From Chitinispirillia bacterium (lineage in GTDB: Bacteria; Fibrobacterota; Chitinivibrionia; Chitinivibrionales; Chitinispirillaceae), in NCBI GenBank assembly GCA_009786575.1, contig WQRV01000001.1, positions 1 through 58,302 on the forward strand: a stretch of 58,302 bases of DNA. The letters run 5' to 3'. Below the pieces are notes generated by a model, which saw only the letters and a program-made list of their open reading frames with translations, was not told where the DNA came from and searched no databases. How positions within the stretch are numbered: position 1 is the first letter of the stretch; every line of letters begins with the position of its first letter. The translations under genes and the position numbers were made by a program. This document shows, piece after piece, positions 46,247 to 57,283 of this stretch.

Positions 46247-46696
46247 TTATCCTGTATGCCCGAACCCGCCCGCGCCGCGGGACGTTTCGGATATCGTGTT
46301 ATCCTCAATGAATGACACGTCCATCGCCACGCGCGCCGGGACTAACTGGGCGATGCGGTCGCCGCGTTTTATTACGAACGGGTCGTCGCCGAGGTTTACG
46401 AGTATGACCTTTACCTCGCCGCGGTAGTCGGCGTCGATCGTGCCGGGGGTATTTAGGACTGTTACGCCGTGTTTCAGCGCGAGGCCGCTGCGCGGGCGGA
46501 CTTGGATTTCGAACCCTTCGGGTATGCCGAAGCAGAACCCGGTGGGGATCAGCGCCCGTTTACCGGGGGGAATCGTTACGTCGTCGTCGACGGCGGCGCA
46601 GACGTCGCACCCGCTGGAACCGGGTGTCATGCGGTTGGGGATTGACAGGCCGTCGGCGTGGGGGAGGCGTTTTATTGATATTGGTATTGGTGTCAT
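46247..46696 (-). CDS. dut: dUTP diphosphatase
   Basis: [20 protein letters not shown] and [10 protein letters not shown] motifs. Confidence 0.95.
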   Translation of the reverse strand: MTPIPISIKRLPHADGLSIPNRMTPGSSGCDVCAAVDDDVTIPPGKRALIPTGFCFGIPEGFEIQVRPRSGLALKHGVTVLNTPGTIDADYRGEVKVILVNLGDDPFVIKRGDRIAQLVPARVAMDVSFIEDNTISETSRGAGGFGHTG

Positions 46697-46700
46697 CGTG

Positions 46701-46821
46701 AAAATTACCGTTTTATCGCATTGTAAAAATTACCGTTATTGTATTGTAGGGGCGCGATTTATCCGCGCCCATGTTTTACCGCACGCACACGGGCGCGATA
46801 AATCGCGCCCTTTGCCGTGCG
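46701..46821. repeat. REP/BIME-like cluster: tandem 24-nt direct repeat plus two inverted GC hairpins, the first preceded by GTAG
   Basis: aaaattaccgttttatcgcattgta / aaaattaccgttattgtattgta (46701-46748). GTAGgggcgcgatttatccgcgccc (46746-70) and gggcgcgataaatcgcgccc (46791-810) lie in opposite orientation. Confidence 0.7.
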
Positions 46822-46834
46822 TATCAATACAACA

Positions 46835-48910
46835 CTATTCCAGCATTGCCTTGCGGCTCAGCTTGACCTTGCCCACCCTGTCGAACCCGATCAGCTTGAC
46901 CCGCACCTTGTCGCCCACGTTCAGCACGTCTTCGACCTTGGCCACCCTCTCGTGCGCGAGCTCGGAGATGTGGATGAGGCCGTCTTTGCCGGGCAGGTAC
47001 TCGGCGAACGCGCCGAAGTCTACCACGGTTTTGACGATCGCGTCGTAGACCGCGTTGAGCTCAGGCTCGGCCACGATGCCCTTGATGCGCTTGAGCGCGG
47101 CGTCGCGGGACTCGCGGTTGGAGGAGGCGATTTGGACGGTGCCGTCGTCGTCGATGGAGATCGTGGCGCCGGTGGTGTCCTGGATGTCGCGGATTACCTT
47201 GCCGCCCGGGCCGATCACCTCGCGGATTTTATCCTTGTCGATGGTGATGGAGGTGATGCGCGGCGCGTAGTTGGACATCTCCTTGCGCGCGGATGGGATG
47301 GTCTCCTCCATTATGCCGAGGATCTTGAAACGCGCGTCTTTCGCCTTGGCGAGCGCGTCGCGCATGATCTCGGGGGTAAGGCCTTTCAGCTTGATGTCCA
47401 TCTGGATCGCGGTAACGCCGTCGCGCGTGCCGGCGACCTTGAAGTCCATGTCGCCTACGTGGTCTTCGGTACCGAGTATGTCGGTGAGGATCGCGACGCG
47501 GTCGCCCTCTTTGATGAGCCCCATCGCCACGCCGGCTACGTGCGTTTTGATGGGCACGCCAGCGGCCATAAGCGAGAGCGATGAGCAGCAGACCGTGGCC
47601 ATAGACGAGCTGCCGTTCGACTCAAGTATCTCGGAGACGATGCGGATGGTGTAGGGGAAGCTCTTTTCGCTTGGCAGCACCGGGGCGAACGAGCGCTCGG
47701 CGAGGTGGCCGTGGCCGATCTCGCGGCGGCTCACCGACGTCATGCGCTTAACCTCGTTCACCGAGTACGGCGGGAAGTTGTAGTGCAGCATGTACGACTT
47801 GTCGTAGTTGCCCTGGAGGTTGTCTATGTGCTGTATGTCGAGCTTCGTGCCGAGCGTGGTGGCTACGAGCGACTGCGTCTCGCCGCGCGTGAAGAGCGCC
47901 GAGCCGTGCGCGCGCGGCAGGATGTCGAGGTCGCAGGTGATCTTGCGGACTTCGTCGAGCCCGCGGCCGCCGATGCGCGTGGAGGTGTTGAGGATGGTGT
48001 TGCGGATGTCCTCTTCTTCCAGATTCGAGAAGATAGACGCGATCTGCTTTTCGCAATCCGGGAACCTCTCTTTCAGCGCCTCGGTTATCTCGTCGCGCAG
48101 CGCCTTGACGGCGGGGTAGCGCTCGTGCTTTATGCCGATGAAGCTCGCATCGTGCAGCCTGCCCCCGGCCAGCTCGCGTACAGCGTTTACGAGGTCCTGG
48201 TTGACTTCGGGCACTTTGTAGGGCGCAACCTGCTTGCCGTTTGTGGCCATGAGCTGCTTTTGCAGGCCGGCCAGCTTTTTGATTTCGGTGTGGGCCAGAA
48301 GGATCGCCTCGAGGAGCTTGTCCTCGGAGAGCTCCATCGCGCCGCCCTCTACCATCATGATAGACTCTTCGGTGCCGGCGACGATCATGTCGAGGTCGCC
48401 CTCCTGCGTCTCGGTTAGCGTCGGGTAGATTTTGAGCTGCCCGTCTACGAGGCCCACGCGCACCGCGGCCACCGGCTCCTTAAACGGCATGTCGGAGAGG
48501 CACAGCGCCGTTGAGGCCGCCGTTACCGCCAGCACGTCGGGGTCGAACTTCTCGTCCGCCGAGATCACCGTGCAGACGATCTGCACCTCGCGGCGGTAGC
48601 CGTCCGGGAACATCGGGCGGATGGGGCGGTCTACGAGGCGCGCCGACAAAATTTCCTTTTCGCTCGGGCGTCCCTCGCGCTTGATGTACCCGCCCGGGAT
48701 TTTCCCGGCCGCGTATGTCTTCTCGATGTACTCCACGGAGAGCGGAAAGAAATCCGACTCCGACATCTCGTTCCCGCAGCAGGCCGTCACGAGGACCATC
48801 GAGTCCCCGAGGCGGACAATCGCCGAACCGTTAGCCTGCTTCGCCATCCTGCCGGTCTCAATAGATACCTTGAGGCCGGAAACTTCTGTTTCAACCGTTG
48901 CGTAACTCAT
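46835..48910 (-). CDS. pnp: Polyribonucleotide nucleotidyltransferase (PNPase)
   Basis: Two RNase PH domains plus KH plus S1 (..FGAFAEYLPGKDGLIHISEL..). Confidence 0.97.
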   Translation of the reverse strand: MSYATVETEVSGLKVSIETGRMAKQANGSAIVRLGDSMVLVTACCGNEMSESDFFPLSVEYIEKTYAAGKIPGGYIKREGRPSEKEILSARLVDRPIRPMFPDGYRREVQIVCTVISADEKFDPDVLAVTAASTALCLSDMPFKEPVAAVRVGLVDGQLKIYPTLTETQEGDLDMIVAGTEESIMMVEGGAMELSEDKLLEAILLAHTEIKKLAGLQKQLMATNGKQVAPYKVPEVNQDLVNAVRELAGGRLHDASFIGIKHERYPAVKALRDEITEALKERFPDCEKQIASIFSNLEEEDIRNTILNTSTRIGGRGLDEVRKITCDLDILPRAHGSALFTRGETQSLVATTLGTKLDIQHIDNLQGNYDKSYMLHYNFPPYSVNEVKRMTSVSRREIGHGHLAERSFAPVLPSEKSFPYTIRIVSEILESNGSSSMATVCCSSLSLMAAGVPIKTHVAGVAMGLIKEGDRVAILTDILGTEDHVGDMDFKVAGTRDGVTAIQMDIKLKGLTPEIMRDALAKAKDARFKILGIMEETIPSARKEMSNYAPRITSITIDKDKIREVIGPGGKVIRDIQDTTGATISIDDDGTVQIASSNRESRDAALKRIKGIVAEPELNAVYDAIVKTVVDFGAFAEYLPGKDGLIHISELAHERVAKVEDVLNVGDKVRVKLIGFDRVGKVKLSRKAMLE

Positions 48911-49070
48911 ACTCTCTTCTCCTGATTTATATTTTTTCTTTTAGACACCAATGTAATGTTAAATACACGATAAATATTCTTTCGCCGGATCATAAGCGGG
49001 ATCTCTTGCTTGCGGATTCAGCCGATAGAACTGCGAATACCAATACATCAATAGAACACGGGCGGGATAC

Positions 49071-49115
49071 TGACCGGCGCCGGCCGGCACCGGTCAACTC
49101 CACACTCCAAACTCC
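49071..49115 (-). promoter_or_regulatory. rpsO-pnp intergenic GC hairpin adjoining a half-copy of the GGAG-rich repeat; candidate rpsO terminator / pnp leader processing structure
   Basis: tgaccggcgccgg/ccggcaccggtca (49071-49096, 1 mismatch). 49096-49115 is the reverse complement of ggagtttggagtgtggagtt, which is found in the 35.5-kb palindrome. Confidence 0.45.
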
Positions 49116-49135
49116 ATACTTCACACTCACCCAAA

Positions 49136-49405
49136 CTACTTGCGGATGTTGAGCTTTTTGATGAGCTCCCTGTACCGCCCGATATCCGTGCGGCTAAGGT
49201 AGTTCAAAAGCGACCTGCGCTGGCCCACGAGCTTGAGGAGCCCGTAGCGCGTGTGGTGGTCTTTCGGGTTTGCCTTGACGTGCTCCGTCAGGTAGTTGAT
49301 GCGGTCGGTTAAAAGCGCGACCTGGACATCGGTGTTCCCGGTGTCTTTTTCGGACTTGCCAAACGTCTTCGTAAGCTCATGCTTACGCTCCTTCGTTAAT
49401 GCCAT
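49136..49405 (-). CDS. rpsO: 30S ribosomal protein S15
   Basis: 89 aa with ..[18 protein letters not shown]...[21 protein letters not shown]. Confidence 0.97.
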   Translation of the reverse strand: MALTKERKHELTKTFGKSEKDTGNTDVQVALLTDRINYLTEHVKANPKDHHTRYGLLKLVGQRRSLLNYLSRTDIGRYRELIKKLNIRK

Positions 49406-49418
49406 TTTACAGCCTCTC

Positions 49419-50396
49419 CTATAAAAAATATGTATTTATATTGTTAACGTCCGCCGCTATTTGGGCCTTGAGCGCGTCTTCTGCCGGAAACGCGGTGTCG
49501 GGCCTTATGTATTTATGGAGCCACAGGTATACGGATTCGCCAACTTCCGGCTCCCTTACGCTATTGTCGTACGATAAGGCGTGGAATTCAAAATGCGTGT
49601 CACGCCCTTCATACGTAGGGCAATCGCCGAAATACAGCGCACCCGGTAATTTTTTTGTTTGGGTATTGATACCGCCGCAATCCGCATTGCCGGCATCTCC
49701 CGCAATTTCAATCTCCGCCGCGTACACCCCGGACGGCGGTATCACCTTGCCGCCCCCCGGGCGCTTGAAGTTCAGGGTAGGGAAACCGATCTTCGTCCCC
49801 ACCTTTACCCCTGCCGTGCGCTGCGCCAAAACAAAATAGGGACGGCCCAGCATCGCCGAGGCGTCTGTTATCCGTCCCTCACTTACCAAACCCCGGATAC
49901 GGGTAGACGAAACAGGCGCCTCCCCGGCAACCTCCAAGGGTTCCGTAAGTACCATAATATGGTATTTGCCGGCAACAAAGTGTAAATTTTTCTTTCCGCC
50001 CTCCCGGCCGCGCCCTACAAGGTGCCCCTCGCCCATCACCCAGTCGGTGGCCCCAAGCCGCCCGAAAAGCACCTTTTCCACGAACTCCTCCTGGCTCATC
50101 CGCTGGAAGGCATCGTCGAAATTTATGCGAAAAACGTAGTCTACGCCCATTTTTTCGAGCAAAACGGCCTTTTCGGCGAATGGCGTGAGCAGCTTCGTGG
50201 AAAGCTCGGGATAGAGGACGGAACGGGTGTGCGGCTCGAAAGTGACCACCGCCGAGGAGTGCCCCCGACTCCGCGCGAGACCCACGGCGGAGGCTATTAG
50301 CCGGGTGTGGCCAAGGTGCACGCCGTCGAAGTTGCCTACCGTGACGACGGTCCGCAAATTAGGCGGCAGGGCGTCTTTTTCGGTGATGACCATCAT
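49419..50396 (-). CDS. ribF: Bifunctional riboflavin kinase / FMN adenylyltransferase
   Basis: [11 protein letters not shown]-terminus and a riboflavin kinase C-terminal domain. Confidence 0.93.
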   Translation of the reverse strand: MMVITEKDALPPNLRTVVTVGNFDGVHLGHTRLIASAVGLARSRGHSSAVVTFEPHTRSVLYPELSTKLLTPFAEKAVLLEKMGVDYVFRINFDDAFQRMSQEEFVEKVLFGRLGATDWVMGEGHLVGRGREGGKKNLHFVAGKYHIMVLTEPLEVAGEAPVSSTRIRGLVSEGRITDASAMLGRPYFVLAQRTAGVKVGTKIGFPTLNFKRPGGGKVIPPSGVYAAEIEIAGDAGNADCGGINTQTKKLPGALYFGDCPTYEGRDTHFEFHALSYDNSVREPEVGESVYLWLHKYIRPDTAFPAEDALKAQIAADVNNINTYFL

Positions 50397-51280
50397 AAAA
50401 ACACCTTTTCGGGGTGGTATTTATCCCCGTCAACCCTCTTTAGTACCGCTGTCAGCGACCCGGCCCCGTCGAACGCTATCAATATGCTTTCCGGGCCGCC
50501 TTTGCCAACAACCGGATTCGTACTGTTGATGACGATTTTCCTGCCTTTTGATATCTCGGCTTTTTGCGCGTCATCAATAACCACCTTTTGGGGGTCATCA
50601 AACGCCGCGCCCGCATCAATAATATAATTTATGCTGTCGGATAAGTGTTGGTAATCCACCGCCATCGACAGGTCAAACCTGCCAGTCCTCGTCCGCCTCA
50701 ACTTGTTGACGAACCCTTCCGCATTGACATCCGCCGCTTTGACGATATCGGCGGCCAGCGACCTGACGTACGTCCCCGACGAGCAACTGACGGTAAAATC
50801 CGCCCGCTTTTCGCTTATATCATAACCGCACATTGCCAAATCATATATGGTGATGGACCGGGATTTCATCTCCATATCAACCCCTTTGCGCGCCAATTTA
50901 TAAGCCGGGGTGCCGTTGATCTTTATCGCCGAGTATTGCGGGGGGGTCTGTTCGATAGCCCCCATAAAATTTTTAAGGACACCGGCCAATCTTTCCGATG
51001 ACGGGATGACGCTGCTTTCCGCTATAACATTTCCCTCCGCGTCAAGCGTGTCCGTACTTCGCCCGAACGTCACGCTGAATTCATAAATCTTAGGCTCTAA
51101 CGATAAATGCTCAAGCAGCCGCGTGCAGCGCCCCAGGGCGACGACCAAGAGCCCCGAAGCCATGGGATCCAGCGTACCGGCGTGCCCTGCTTTTTTTATT
51201 TTTAATGATTTCCTGACGGCTTGGGCGGCGGAGAAAGATGATGGCCCTACAGGTTTGTCGATACATATAAATCCGTCCAA
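50393..51280 (-). CDS. truB: tRNA pseudouridine(55) synthase
   Basis: KKAGHAGTLDPMASGLLVV motif. Confidence 0.95.
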   Translation of the reverse strand: MDGFICIDKPVGPSSFSAAQAVRKSLKIKKAGHAGTLDPMASGLLVVALGRCTRLLEHLSLEPKIYEFSVTFGRSTDTLDAEGNVIAESSVIPSSERLAGVLKNFMGAIEQTPPQYSAIKINGTPAYKLARKGVDMEMKSRSITIYDLAMCGYDISEKRADFTVSCSSGTYVRSLAADIVKAADVNAEGFVNKLRRTRTGRFDLSMAVDYQHLSDSINYIIDAGAAFDDPQKVVIDDAQKAEISKGRKIVINSTNPVVGKGGPESILIAFDGAGSLTAVLKRVDGDKYHPEKVFL

Positions 51281-51284
51281 AAAA

Positions 51285-52241
51285 TCACATCCCCAATTCT
51301 TTGGCGAGAATCCCCAGCATCTGCCCCATAGCCTGTTCGTAAGGCAATTTTATGGTACACCCTGCCGCGCAGCTGTGCCCCCCTCCGCCCGCTATCCTCT
51401 GAGCGATTCTCCCCACGTCAATCCGCCCCGTAGACCGCAAACTGATGTGCGTCTCCTCCGGCGTGTGCTTCGTCATTATCCCCACCTCCACGCCTTCTCC
51501 GGTGACTGTGTTGTCGGCCATACCCTCGGAGTCGCTGTATTTCGCGCCGATCTCGTCTAAAACAGACATAGGCATATCCAAACTGCACACTTTGCCGTTC
51601 AAATGAAATTTAAGCGTAGACCAGATGCGCGACTGCAGCATCAGCGCCTGCGGTGTGTGGCGCGAGTAGACTTTTTCGTAGATGGCGGAGTTTTCGACGC
51701 CAAGCTCAATCAGGTCGGCGCAGACACGCAGTACGCTGCTCGACGTGTTGTTGAAGCGGAAACCGCCGGTGTCGGTCATCACCGCGGCGTAGAGCGCCTC
51801 GGCTACGTGCTTGGGGATGGTGATGCCGCTCTCCCTGAAGAACGAGAATATTATCTCGCCGGTTGCCGCCGCCGACGAATCCACGAAGTTCAGTGCGCCG
51901 AAGTTCTTGTTGTCGCGGTGGTGGTCGATGTTGATCACCATCTTTGCGGCGGACTCGCACTCGTCCCACCCCAGACGGCTGATATTCGAGCAGTCGAGCA
52001 CCATCAGCACATCGAATTTTTCCGCCGGTTTATTCTGCGTGATGAGGTTCGAATCCGTCAAAAACGACAATTTGTGCGGCAGCGGGTCGGAGCAGTAGCA
52101 GGCCGCGCGTTTGCCCTTGCTCTTGAGGTACCACAAAAACGCAAGCTGCGAGCCCACACAATCGCCGTCGAGGCTCTGGTGGCTCGATATCACGAACGAT
52201 TCGTTCGCGTCAATCGCTTTTATTAATTCGGCCCAATCCAT
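51285..52241 (-). CDS. nrnA: DHH/DHHA1 phosphoesterase (NrnA-like oligoribonuclease/pAp phosphatase)
   Basis: HQSLDGDCVGS, DHH-type NIDHHRDN, and DHHA1 GGGHSCAAG. Confidence 0.85.
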   Translation of the reverse strand: MDWAELIKAIDANESFVISSHQSLDGDCVGSQLAFLWYLKSKGKRAACYCSDPLPHKLSFLTDSNLITQNKPAEKFDVLMVLDCSNISRLGWDECESAAKMVINIDHHRDNKNFGALNFVDSSAAATGEIIFSFFRESGITIPKHVAEALYAAVMTDTGGFRFNNTSSSVLRVCADLIELGVENSAIYEKVYSRHTPQALMLQSRIWSTLKFHLNGKVCSLDMPMSVLDEIGAKYSDSEGMADNTVTGEGVEVGIMTKHTPEETHISLRSTGRIDVGRIAQRIAGGGGHSCAAGCTIKLPYEQAMGQMLGILAKELGM

Positions 52242-52243
52242 AA

Positions 52244-52645
52244 TTATTGACCTGTACCTTCCTCTTGAACGCTGTTTTCCTGCCCGTTAGCCAAATCGCC
52301 CTCTATCTCCCTGAACAGCTTGTTTATGTGCTGGCCGTATTCTATCGACGTATCTATCTTAAATATCAAATGCGGGAAATTTTTGGTTACGACTCTCGAC
52401 GCCACCATGCGCTGAATGAACGGCGCGGCCTTGTTGAGCGCGTCGAGCGCGTCCTGCTTCTCGGTGTCGTCGCCCATTAAGCTGACGTATACGGTCGCGT
52501 TGCGCACATCGCGCGCGAGCTTCACCTCGGTAACGGTTACGATGCCGGGGATGCGCGGGTCGCGCACCTCCTGCGAGATGACCGACCCGACCTCCCTGTG
52601 CAGCATCCCGCGCAGGCGTTCCACATGAAATTTCGGCGCTGCCAT
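52244..52645 (-). CDS. rbfA: Ribosome-binding factor A
   Basis: ..RDPRIPGIVTVTEVKLARDVRNATVYVS.. is typical of RbfA. Confidence 0.92.
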   Translation of the reverse strand: MAAPKFHVERLRGMLHREVGSVISQEVRDPRIPGIVTVTEVKLARDVRNATVYVSLMGDDTEKQDALDALNKAAPFIQRMVASRVVTKNFPHLIFKIDTSIEYGQHINKLFREIEGDLANGQENSVQEEGTGQ

Positions 52646-55233
52646 TATTGTTTCGTCAACTTCCTCGCTACTTCAATTTCCTCAAACGTAACGATGCGGT
52701 CGCCCTCCTGAAAGTCCGAGAACCTCTCGAGCATTATGCCGCACTCGTAGCCCGTCTGCACCTCACGCACGTCTTCCTGCACGCGCTTGAGGCTTGAAAT
52801 CTTCGACTCTATGAGTTCCACATCGTCGCGGATAACGCGCGCCCTCGAGTTCCTGTTGAGCGTGCCGCTCTCGACCATGCAGCCGGCGATTGTGCCGATC
52901 TTCGATACCTTGAAGACCTTGCGCACCACGACCTCGGCCAGCAAGTTCTCCCTGATCTCGGGCTTGAGCATACCCTCCATAGCGTTGTGCACCGCGTCTA
53001 CAGCCTCGTAGATGATGCGGTAGGTGCGGATCTCCACGCCCTCCTGCTTGGCCAAATCGCGGATCTTCGTGTTCGGGCTCAGGTGGAAGCCGATTATCAG
53101 CGCGTTCGACGCCACGCCGAGCATGATGTCGGTCTCCTTGACCGCGCCCACGCTCTTGTGTATCACGCGCACCTTGATCTCCGGCGTGCTCAGCTTCTCA
53201 AGCGATGTGGCAAGCGCCTCGACGGAACCGTCCACGTCGCCCTTGATGATGAGGTTGAGGTTCTGTACGCTGCCCGCCTTGATCTTCTCGTGCAGATTGT
53301 CGAGCGATATGGAATCGATGCGGCGCATCTCGCGCTCTTTCTGCGCGAGACGGCGGCGGGCGCTTATCTCGCGCGCCTCTTTCTCGTCGTCCATCACCCT
53401 GAATGAGTCGCCGGCCTGCGGGGTGCCGGACAGCCCGAGTATCAGCACCGGCTGGCTTGGGCCCGCGCTCTCCACTATCTGCCCGCGCTCGTTGTGCAGC
53501 TCGCGCACGCGGCCGCTGTGGATGCCCGTCACGAAAGCGTTGCCCTTTGTGAGCGTGCCGCGCTGTATGAGCACGGTGGCGATGGGGCCTTTCCCCTTGT
53601 CAAGCTCGGCCTCTATGACCACGCCGTGCGCCTTGCCCTCGGGGGTGGCCTTGAGCTCGAGTATCTCCGTCTCCAAAGCGAGCGTTTCCAACAGTTTATC
53701 TACGCCGTCGCCGGTTTTGGCCGATATCTGCACGCAAGACACCTGTCCGCCGTACTCTTCCACCAGCACATTGTAATTCGCCAGCTCGCCCTTGATCTTA
53801 TCCGGGTTTGCCGTAGGTAAATCGATCTTGTTGATAGCCACGACCACCGGCACGTTCGCGGCCTTTGCGTGGTCGATCGCTTCGCGCGTCTGCGGCATAA
53901 CCGCGGAGTCGGCGGCTACCACGAGCACTATAACGTCTGTAATCTGCGAGCCTCTGGCGCGCATTGCTGTGAAAGCCTCGTGGCCCGGCGTGTCTAAGAA
54001 AGTTACCGGACCGTGCTTCGTCTTCACCTCATACGCCGCGATGTGCTGCGTGATGCCGCCGGACTCGCCGGCTATGACGTTCGTCTTCCTTATATAGTCG
54101 AGGAGCGAGGTCTTGCCGTGGTCAACGTGGCCCATTACCGTTACTACCGGTGCGCGCGGGAGCAGGGCTCCTACTGCCTCTTCCGATACCTCCTCGGCCT
54201 CGTCGTCTGCGGCGTACTCGTCCATCAGGCTCGCGGTGTAGCCGAACTCGTCAACCACGATCTCAATCATCTCGAAGTCGAGCCGCTGGTTGATGGTGAC
54301 GAACGCGCCCATTTCCAAACATTTTGTGATGACGTCGCTTGCCGTGACATTCATCATGTTGGCCAGCTCGTTCGGCGTGACGAACTCGGCTACTTTGAGG
54401 ATTTTCTTCCCGGTATCTTCCGTGTCGTCCCGCTGGTCGGCCTCCTTTTTGTACTTCTTTTTTGTAAAGCCCGATCCGATCTTGGCCAGCGTTTTCTTTA
54501 CGTTGGCCTTGAGTTCGACCTCGTTGATTTCCGGGCGCTCGTTCTTGTACTTGCCGCCCTTTTTCTTATGTTTGTCGGGCTTGCCGCCGGCCGAGGCCCT
54601 CTTGTCGGCGTCCGGGCCGCCGGCTTTTGGGGGTGGGCCGCCCCTTGTATCCGCAATGGCCGCCGCCGGCGCACTGCCTGTGCCGCCGCTTGCGCCGCCG
54701 TGATGGGGGTGGGGATGGGACTGCGAGGGCGGGAAACTGCCTTTCGCCCACGACTCCTTCTGGTGGTACTTGCGTATGTGCGGCCCCTTCTTCTGTTGCT
54801 GCCCGGAGTCGCCGCGGGGCTGCTGCCTGTCTGCCGTATGCCTCGTGTCGCTGTGGGCCGGTGCGCTCGTTTTGGCTGCCGTGGCTGCGGGCTGTCCGGA
54901 CGCGCCCCTCGTGTCGGCGGCTGCCGGTGCGCTCGCCTTGACAGGGGGCGCAACCGATGCCGCCGGTGCAACGGGTGCCGGCGGGGGAGCGGGGGCGGTC
55001 GCCGCCTCAATCTCCTCCTGCGCCTTCAGCATAGTCTGCTTCTTGCGCTCAAACAGCTTCTTTATCTCCGCACGCTCAGATTCAAACTTCTCCTTGATCT
55101 GCGTGCGCAGCTCCTCATCCACAGTGCTCATGTGGCTCTTAACCGGAATACCCATGCCGCGCAGCATCTGTACCATAGACGTGCTGGACATTTTGAACTC
55201 TTCCGCGAGCTCGAAAACTTTCTTTTTCGCCAT
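52645..55233 (-). CDS. infB: Translation initiation factor IF-2
   Basis: G domain [28 protein letters not shown]. Pro/Ala-rich N-terminal region. Confidence 0.97.
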   Translation of the reverse strand: MAKKKVFELAEEFKMSSTSMVQMLRGMGIPVKSHMSTVDEELRTQIKEKFESERAEIKKLFERKKQTMLKAQEEIEAATAPAPPPAPVAPAASVAPPVKASAPAAADTRGASGQPAATAAKTSAPAHSDTRHTADRQQPRGDSGQQQKKGPHIRKYHQKESWAKGSFPPSQSHPHPHHGGASGGTGSAPAAAIADTRGGPPPKAGGPDADKRASAGGKPDKHKKKGGKYKNERPEINEVELKANVKKTLAKIGSGFTKKKYKKEADQRDDTEDTGKKILKVAEFVTPNELANMMNVTASDVITKCLEMGAFVTINQRLDFEMIEIVVDEFGYTASLMDEYAADDEAEEVSEEAVGALLPRAPVVTVMGHVDHGKTSLLDYIRKTNVIAGESGGITQHIAAYEVKTKHGPVTFLDTPGHEAFTAMRARGSQITDVIVLVVAADSAVMPQTREAIDHAKAANVPVVVAINKIDLPTANPDKIKGELANYNVLVEEYGGQVSCVQISAKTGDGVDKLLETLALETEILELKATPEGKAHGVVIEAELDKGKGPIATVLIQRGTLTKGNAFVTGIHSGRVRELHNERGQIVESAGPSQPVLILGLSGTPQAGDSFRVMDDEKEAREISARRRLAQKEREMRRIDSISLDNLHEKIKAGSVQNLNLIIKGDVDGSVEALATSLEKLSTPEIKVRVIHKSVGAVKETDIMLGVASNALIIGFHLSPNTKIRDLAKQEGVEIRTYRIIYEAVDAVHNAMEGMLKPEIRENLLAEVVVRKVFKVSKIGTIAGCMVESGTLNRNSRARVIRDDVELIESKISSLKRVQEDVREVQTGYECGIMLERFSDFQEGDRIVTFEEIEVARKLTKQ

Positions 55234-55324
55234 TAACTACCACCAACCTCTCAATATCAGGTATTCCAAATTCTGTTTTTGTGTGACAACAATAACACAG
55301 AGCACATGTTTTACGTTTTTTTGG

Positions 55325-56719
55325 TCACACCTCGCTCTTATTGGCGTTCTCTATCGCCGTTTCGGAATCGTCGTCGGTCGTAGACAAAGACCCGACCGCG
55401 TCGCTTAAAATCTCTTTATGGACAGAATCGTCGTCGCCTTCACTCTCATCCTCACCCACAGATTCGGCAATGACCTCTTTGCGGATGGCTTCAAGCGTCA
55501 CCGTCAGGCCGGCATCAAGCATCTCGTCCCCGTCTTCGGCATTAATATCCGCGCTTTCGGCAGCCGTGTCGCCTCCCGGCATCTTAAGCTCGCCCGTCGG
55601 TATTGTGTCGGGCTTCTCGGCGAGCGCCGCGGCGCGCTGGTCGTCGCTCAGGCCCGCGAACTCGTCGTCGCCGAAAACGTCTATTTCACGCCCCAGCATC
55701 TTCGACGCAAGGCGGATATTCTGCCCCTCGCGCCCTATCGCCAGCGCTAACCCCTCCTCGCCTATAACTACTACTATCTTATGGTCGCCGACCGGTATGA
55801 CGCGCTTCACCTCCGCCGGCGCGAACACCCTGCGCACCAAAAGCGAAAGCTCGTCGGTCCAGTTGATGATGTCGATCCTCTCGTTGGACAGCTCGCGCAC
55901 GATGTTCTGTACGCGGTTGCCGCGCATGCCCACGCACGCGCCTACCGGGTCAACCCGGCTGTCGGAGGTGGTCACCGCTATCTTGGAACGGTGGCCCGGG
56001 TCGCGCACCACCTTCACTATCTTCACAGTTTTGTCGGATATCTCCGGCACCTCGCTCTCAAAGAGCCTCTCCAAAAACTCCTCGCACGTGCGGGAGATGA
56101 TCACCTGCGGCCCCTTGGTGTTGCTCTTGACCTCTTTAATGCACGCGCGGATGTTCGCCCCTTGCGCGTAGCGCTCCTTGCGGATCTGCTCGCGCAGCGG
56201 CAGTATCGCCTCGGTGCGGCCAATGTCCACCAGAATGTTCCCGCGCTCCACCTGCTGCACCTTGCCCGTCACGATCTCGCCCACGCGCTCGCTGTAGTCG
56301 GAGAAGATCCGGTCGCGCTCTGCCTCCCGCACCCGCTGCACGATTACCTGCTTCGCCGTCATCACCGCCGTCCGCCCGAACTCGCTGATGGGCAGCGTGT
56401 CTACCACCACCTTGTCGCCGATGACGAGATCCGCGTCCTCCTGCCGCGCCTCCTCCAAAGAGATCTGGTACTCAGGATCTTCCACGATCTCCGCAACCAC
56501 CTGACACTTGTAGACCTCAATGGTCCCCTTGTCGCGGTCAACTTTTACCTCGACGACGTCGTACGGCGTGGCCAGATACTTCTTCGCCGCCGTAGTCAGC
56601 GCGTCCTTGATAGTCTCGAGAACCAGGTCCATGCTGATGCTCTTGTCCTTGGTAACCGACCCCAGCGCGGCCACGATCTCCGCGGCCTTCACAGCTTCCT
56701 TATTCACTTTCTTCTTCAT
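55325..56719 (-). CDS. nusA: Transcription termination/antitermination factor NusA (acidic C-terminal extension)
   Basis: S1 plus two KH domains (..GACVGMRGNRVQNIVREL..ERIDII..). Confidence 0.96.
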   Translation of the reverse strand: MKKKVNKEAVKAAEIVAALGSVTKDKSISMDLVLETIKDALTTAAKKYLATPYDVVEVKVDRDKGTIEVYKCQVVAEIVEDPEYQISLEEARQEDADLVIGDKVVVDTLPISEFGRTAVMTAKQVIVQRVREAERDRIFSDYSERVGEIVTGKVQQVERGNILVDIGRTEAILPLREQIRKERYAQGANIRACIKEVKSNTKGPQVIISRTCEEFLERLFESEVPEISDKTVKIVKVVRDPGHRSKIAVTTSDSRVDPVGACVGMRGNRVQNIVRELSNERIDIINWTDELSLLVRRVFAPAEVKRVIPVGDHKIVVVIGEEGLALAIGREGQNIRLASKMLGREIDVFGDDEFAGLSDDQRAAALAEKPDTIPTGELKMPGGDTAAESADINAEDGDEMLDAGLTVTLEAIRKEVIAESVGEDESEGDDDSVHKEILSDAVGSLSTTDDDSETAIENANKSEV

Positions 56720-56757
56720 TGATACAACCCTTCCGCATCGCGTTACATATTACAAAT

Positions 56758-57240
56758 TTATCTGAACCGGACTTCCTCCCTGCCGCTCAAAATACCGGCA
56801 AGTTGGATGTTGACCGTACCCGTACCCTTATCTTTACCCTTACCCGCACCCGTGTTGATAACCAGCACGCCGTCTGCACAGCTCACAACTTCCCCGCGCA
56901 CCGTCTTCTTGCCGTTTACCGCGGCAGCAAGATGCAGCGTAACATCGCGCCCGGTGATGCGCGCAAAATCCCGCTCAACCTTTAAAGGCCGGTCTATCCC
57001 CGGCGACGACACCTCCAAATTATAAGGCTTGCCGCCGAAAAAATCAGCCTCGTCCAAAAGCTCCCCCAGCGCCACGCTCACCCGCTCGCAGTCCTCAATG
57101 GAAACCCCCCCGGCCCGGTCGATGGTCACCCGCAGCACCGACCGCGCCCCAGACCCGAAGAACCGGGCCTCAAACAGCTCAACCCCCAACTCGGCGGCTT
57201 TGCCCTCAATAAGCGGCAGCACCTGCTCAAAAGACGCCAT
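56758..57240 (-). CDS. rimP: Ribosome maturation factor RimP
   Basis: ..VELFEARF...LRVTIDR..GVSIEDCERVS..L..D......Y.LEVSSPGIDRPL. Confidence 0.9.
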   Translation of the reverse strand: MASFEQVLPLIEGKAAELGVELFEARFFGSGARSVLRVTIDRAGGVSIEDCERVSVALGELLDEADFFGGKPYNLEVSSPGIDRPLKVERDFARITGRDVTLHLAAAVNGKKTVRGEVVSCADGVLVINTGAGKGKDKGTGTVNIQLAGILSGREEVRFR

Positions 57241-57260
57241 AAAACCGCCTTCTTTATAGC

Positions 57261-57283
57261 AAAAACGGGCCCCAGGAGCCCGT
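57261..57283 (-). terminator. Small intrinsic-terminator-like hairpin in the rimP-nusA-infB leader
   Basis: The minus strand reads ACGGGC-uccuggg-GCCCGU-UUUUU, ending 20 nt before the rimP ATG. Confidence 0.4.

Noticed and set aside
55234-55324. Looked for ylxR/L7Ae-like small genes or a structured element between nusA and infB.
   Set aside because: The 91-nt spacer contains no ORF and only a weak hairpin (tgtg..caca). Nothing is supportable.
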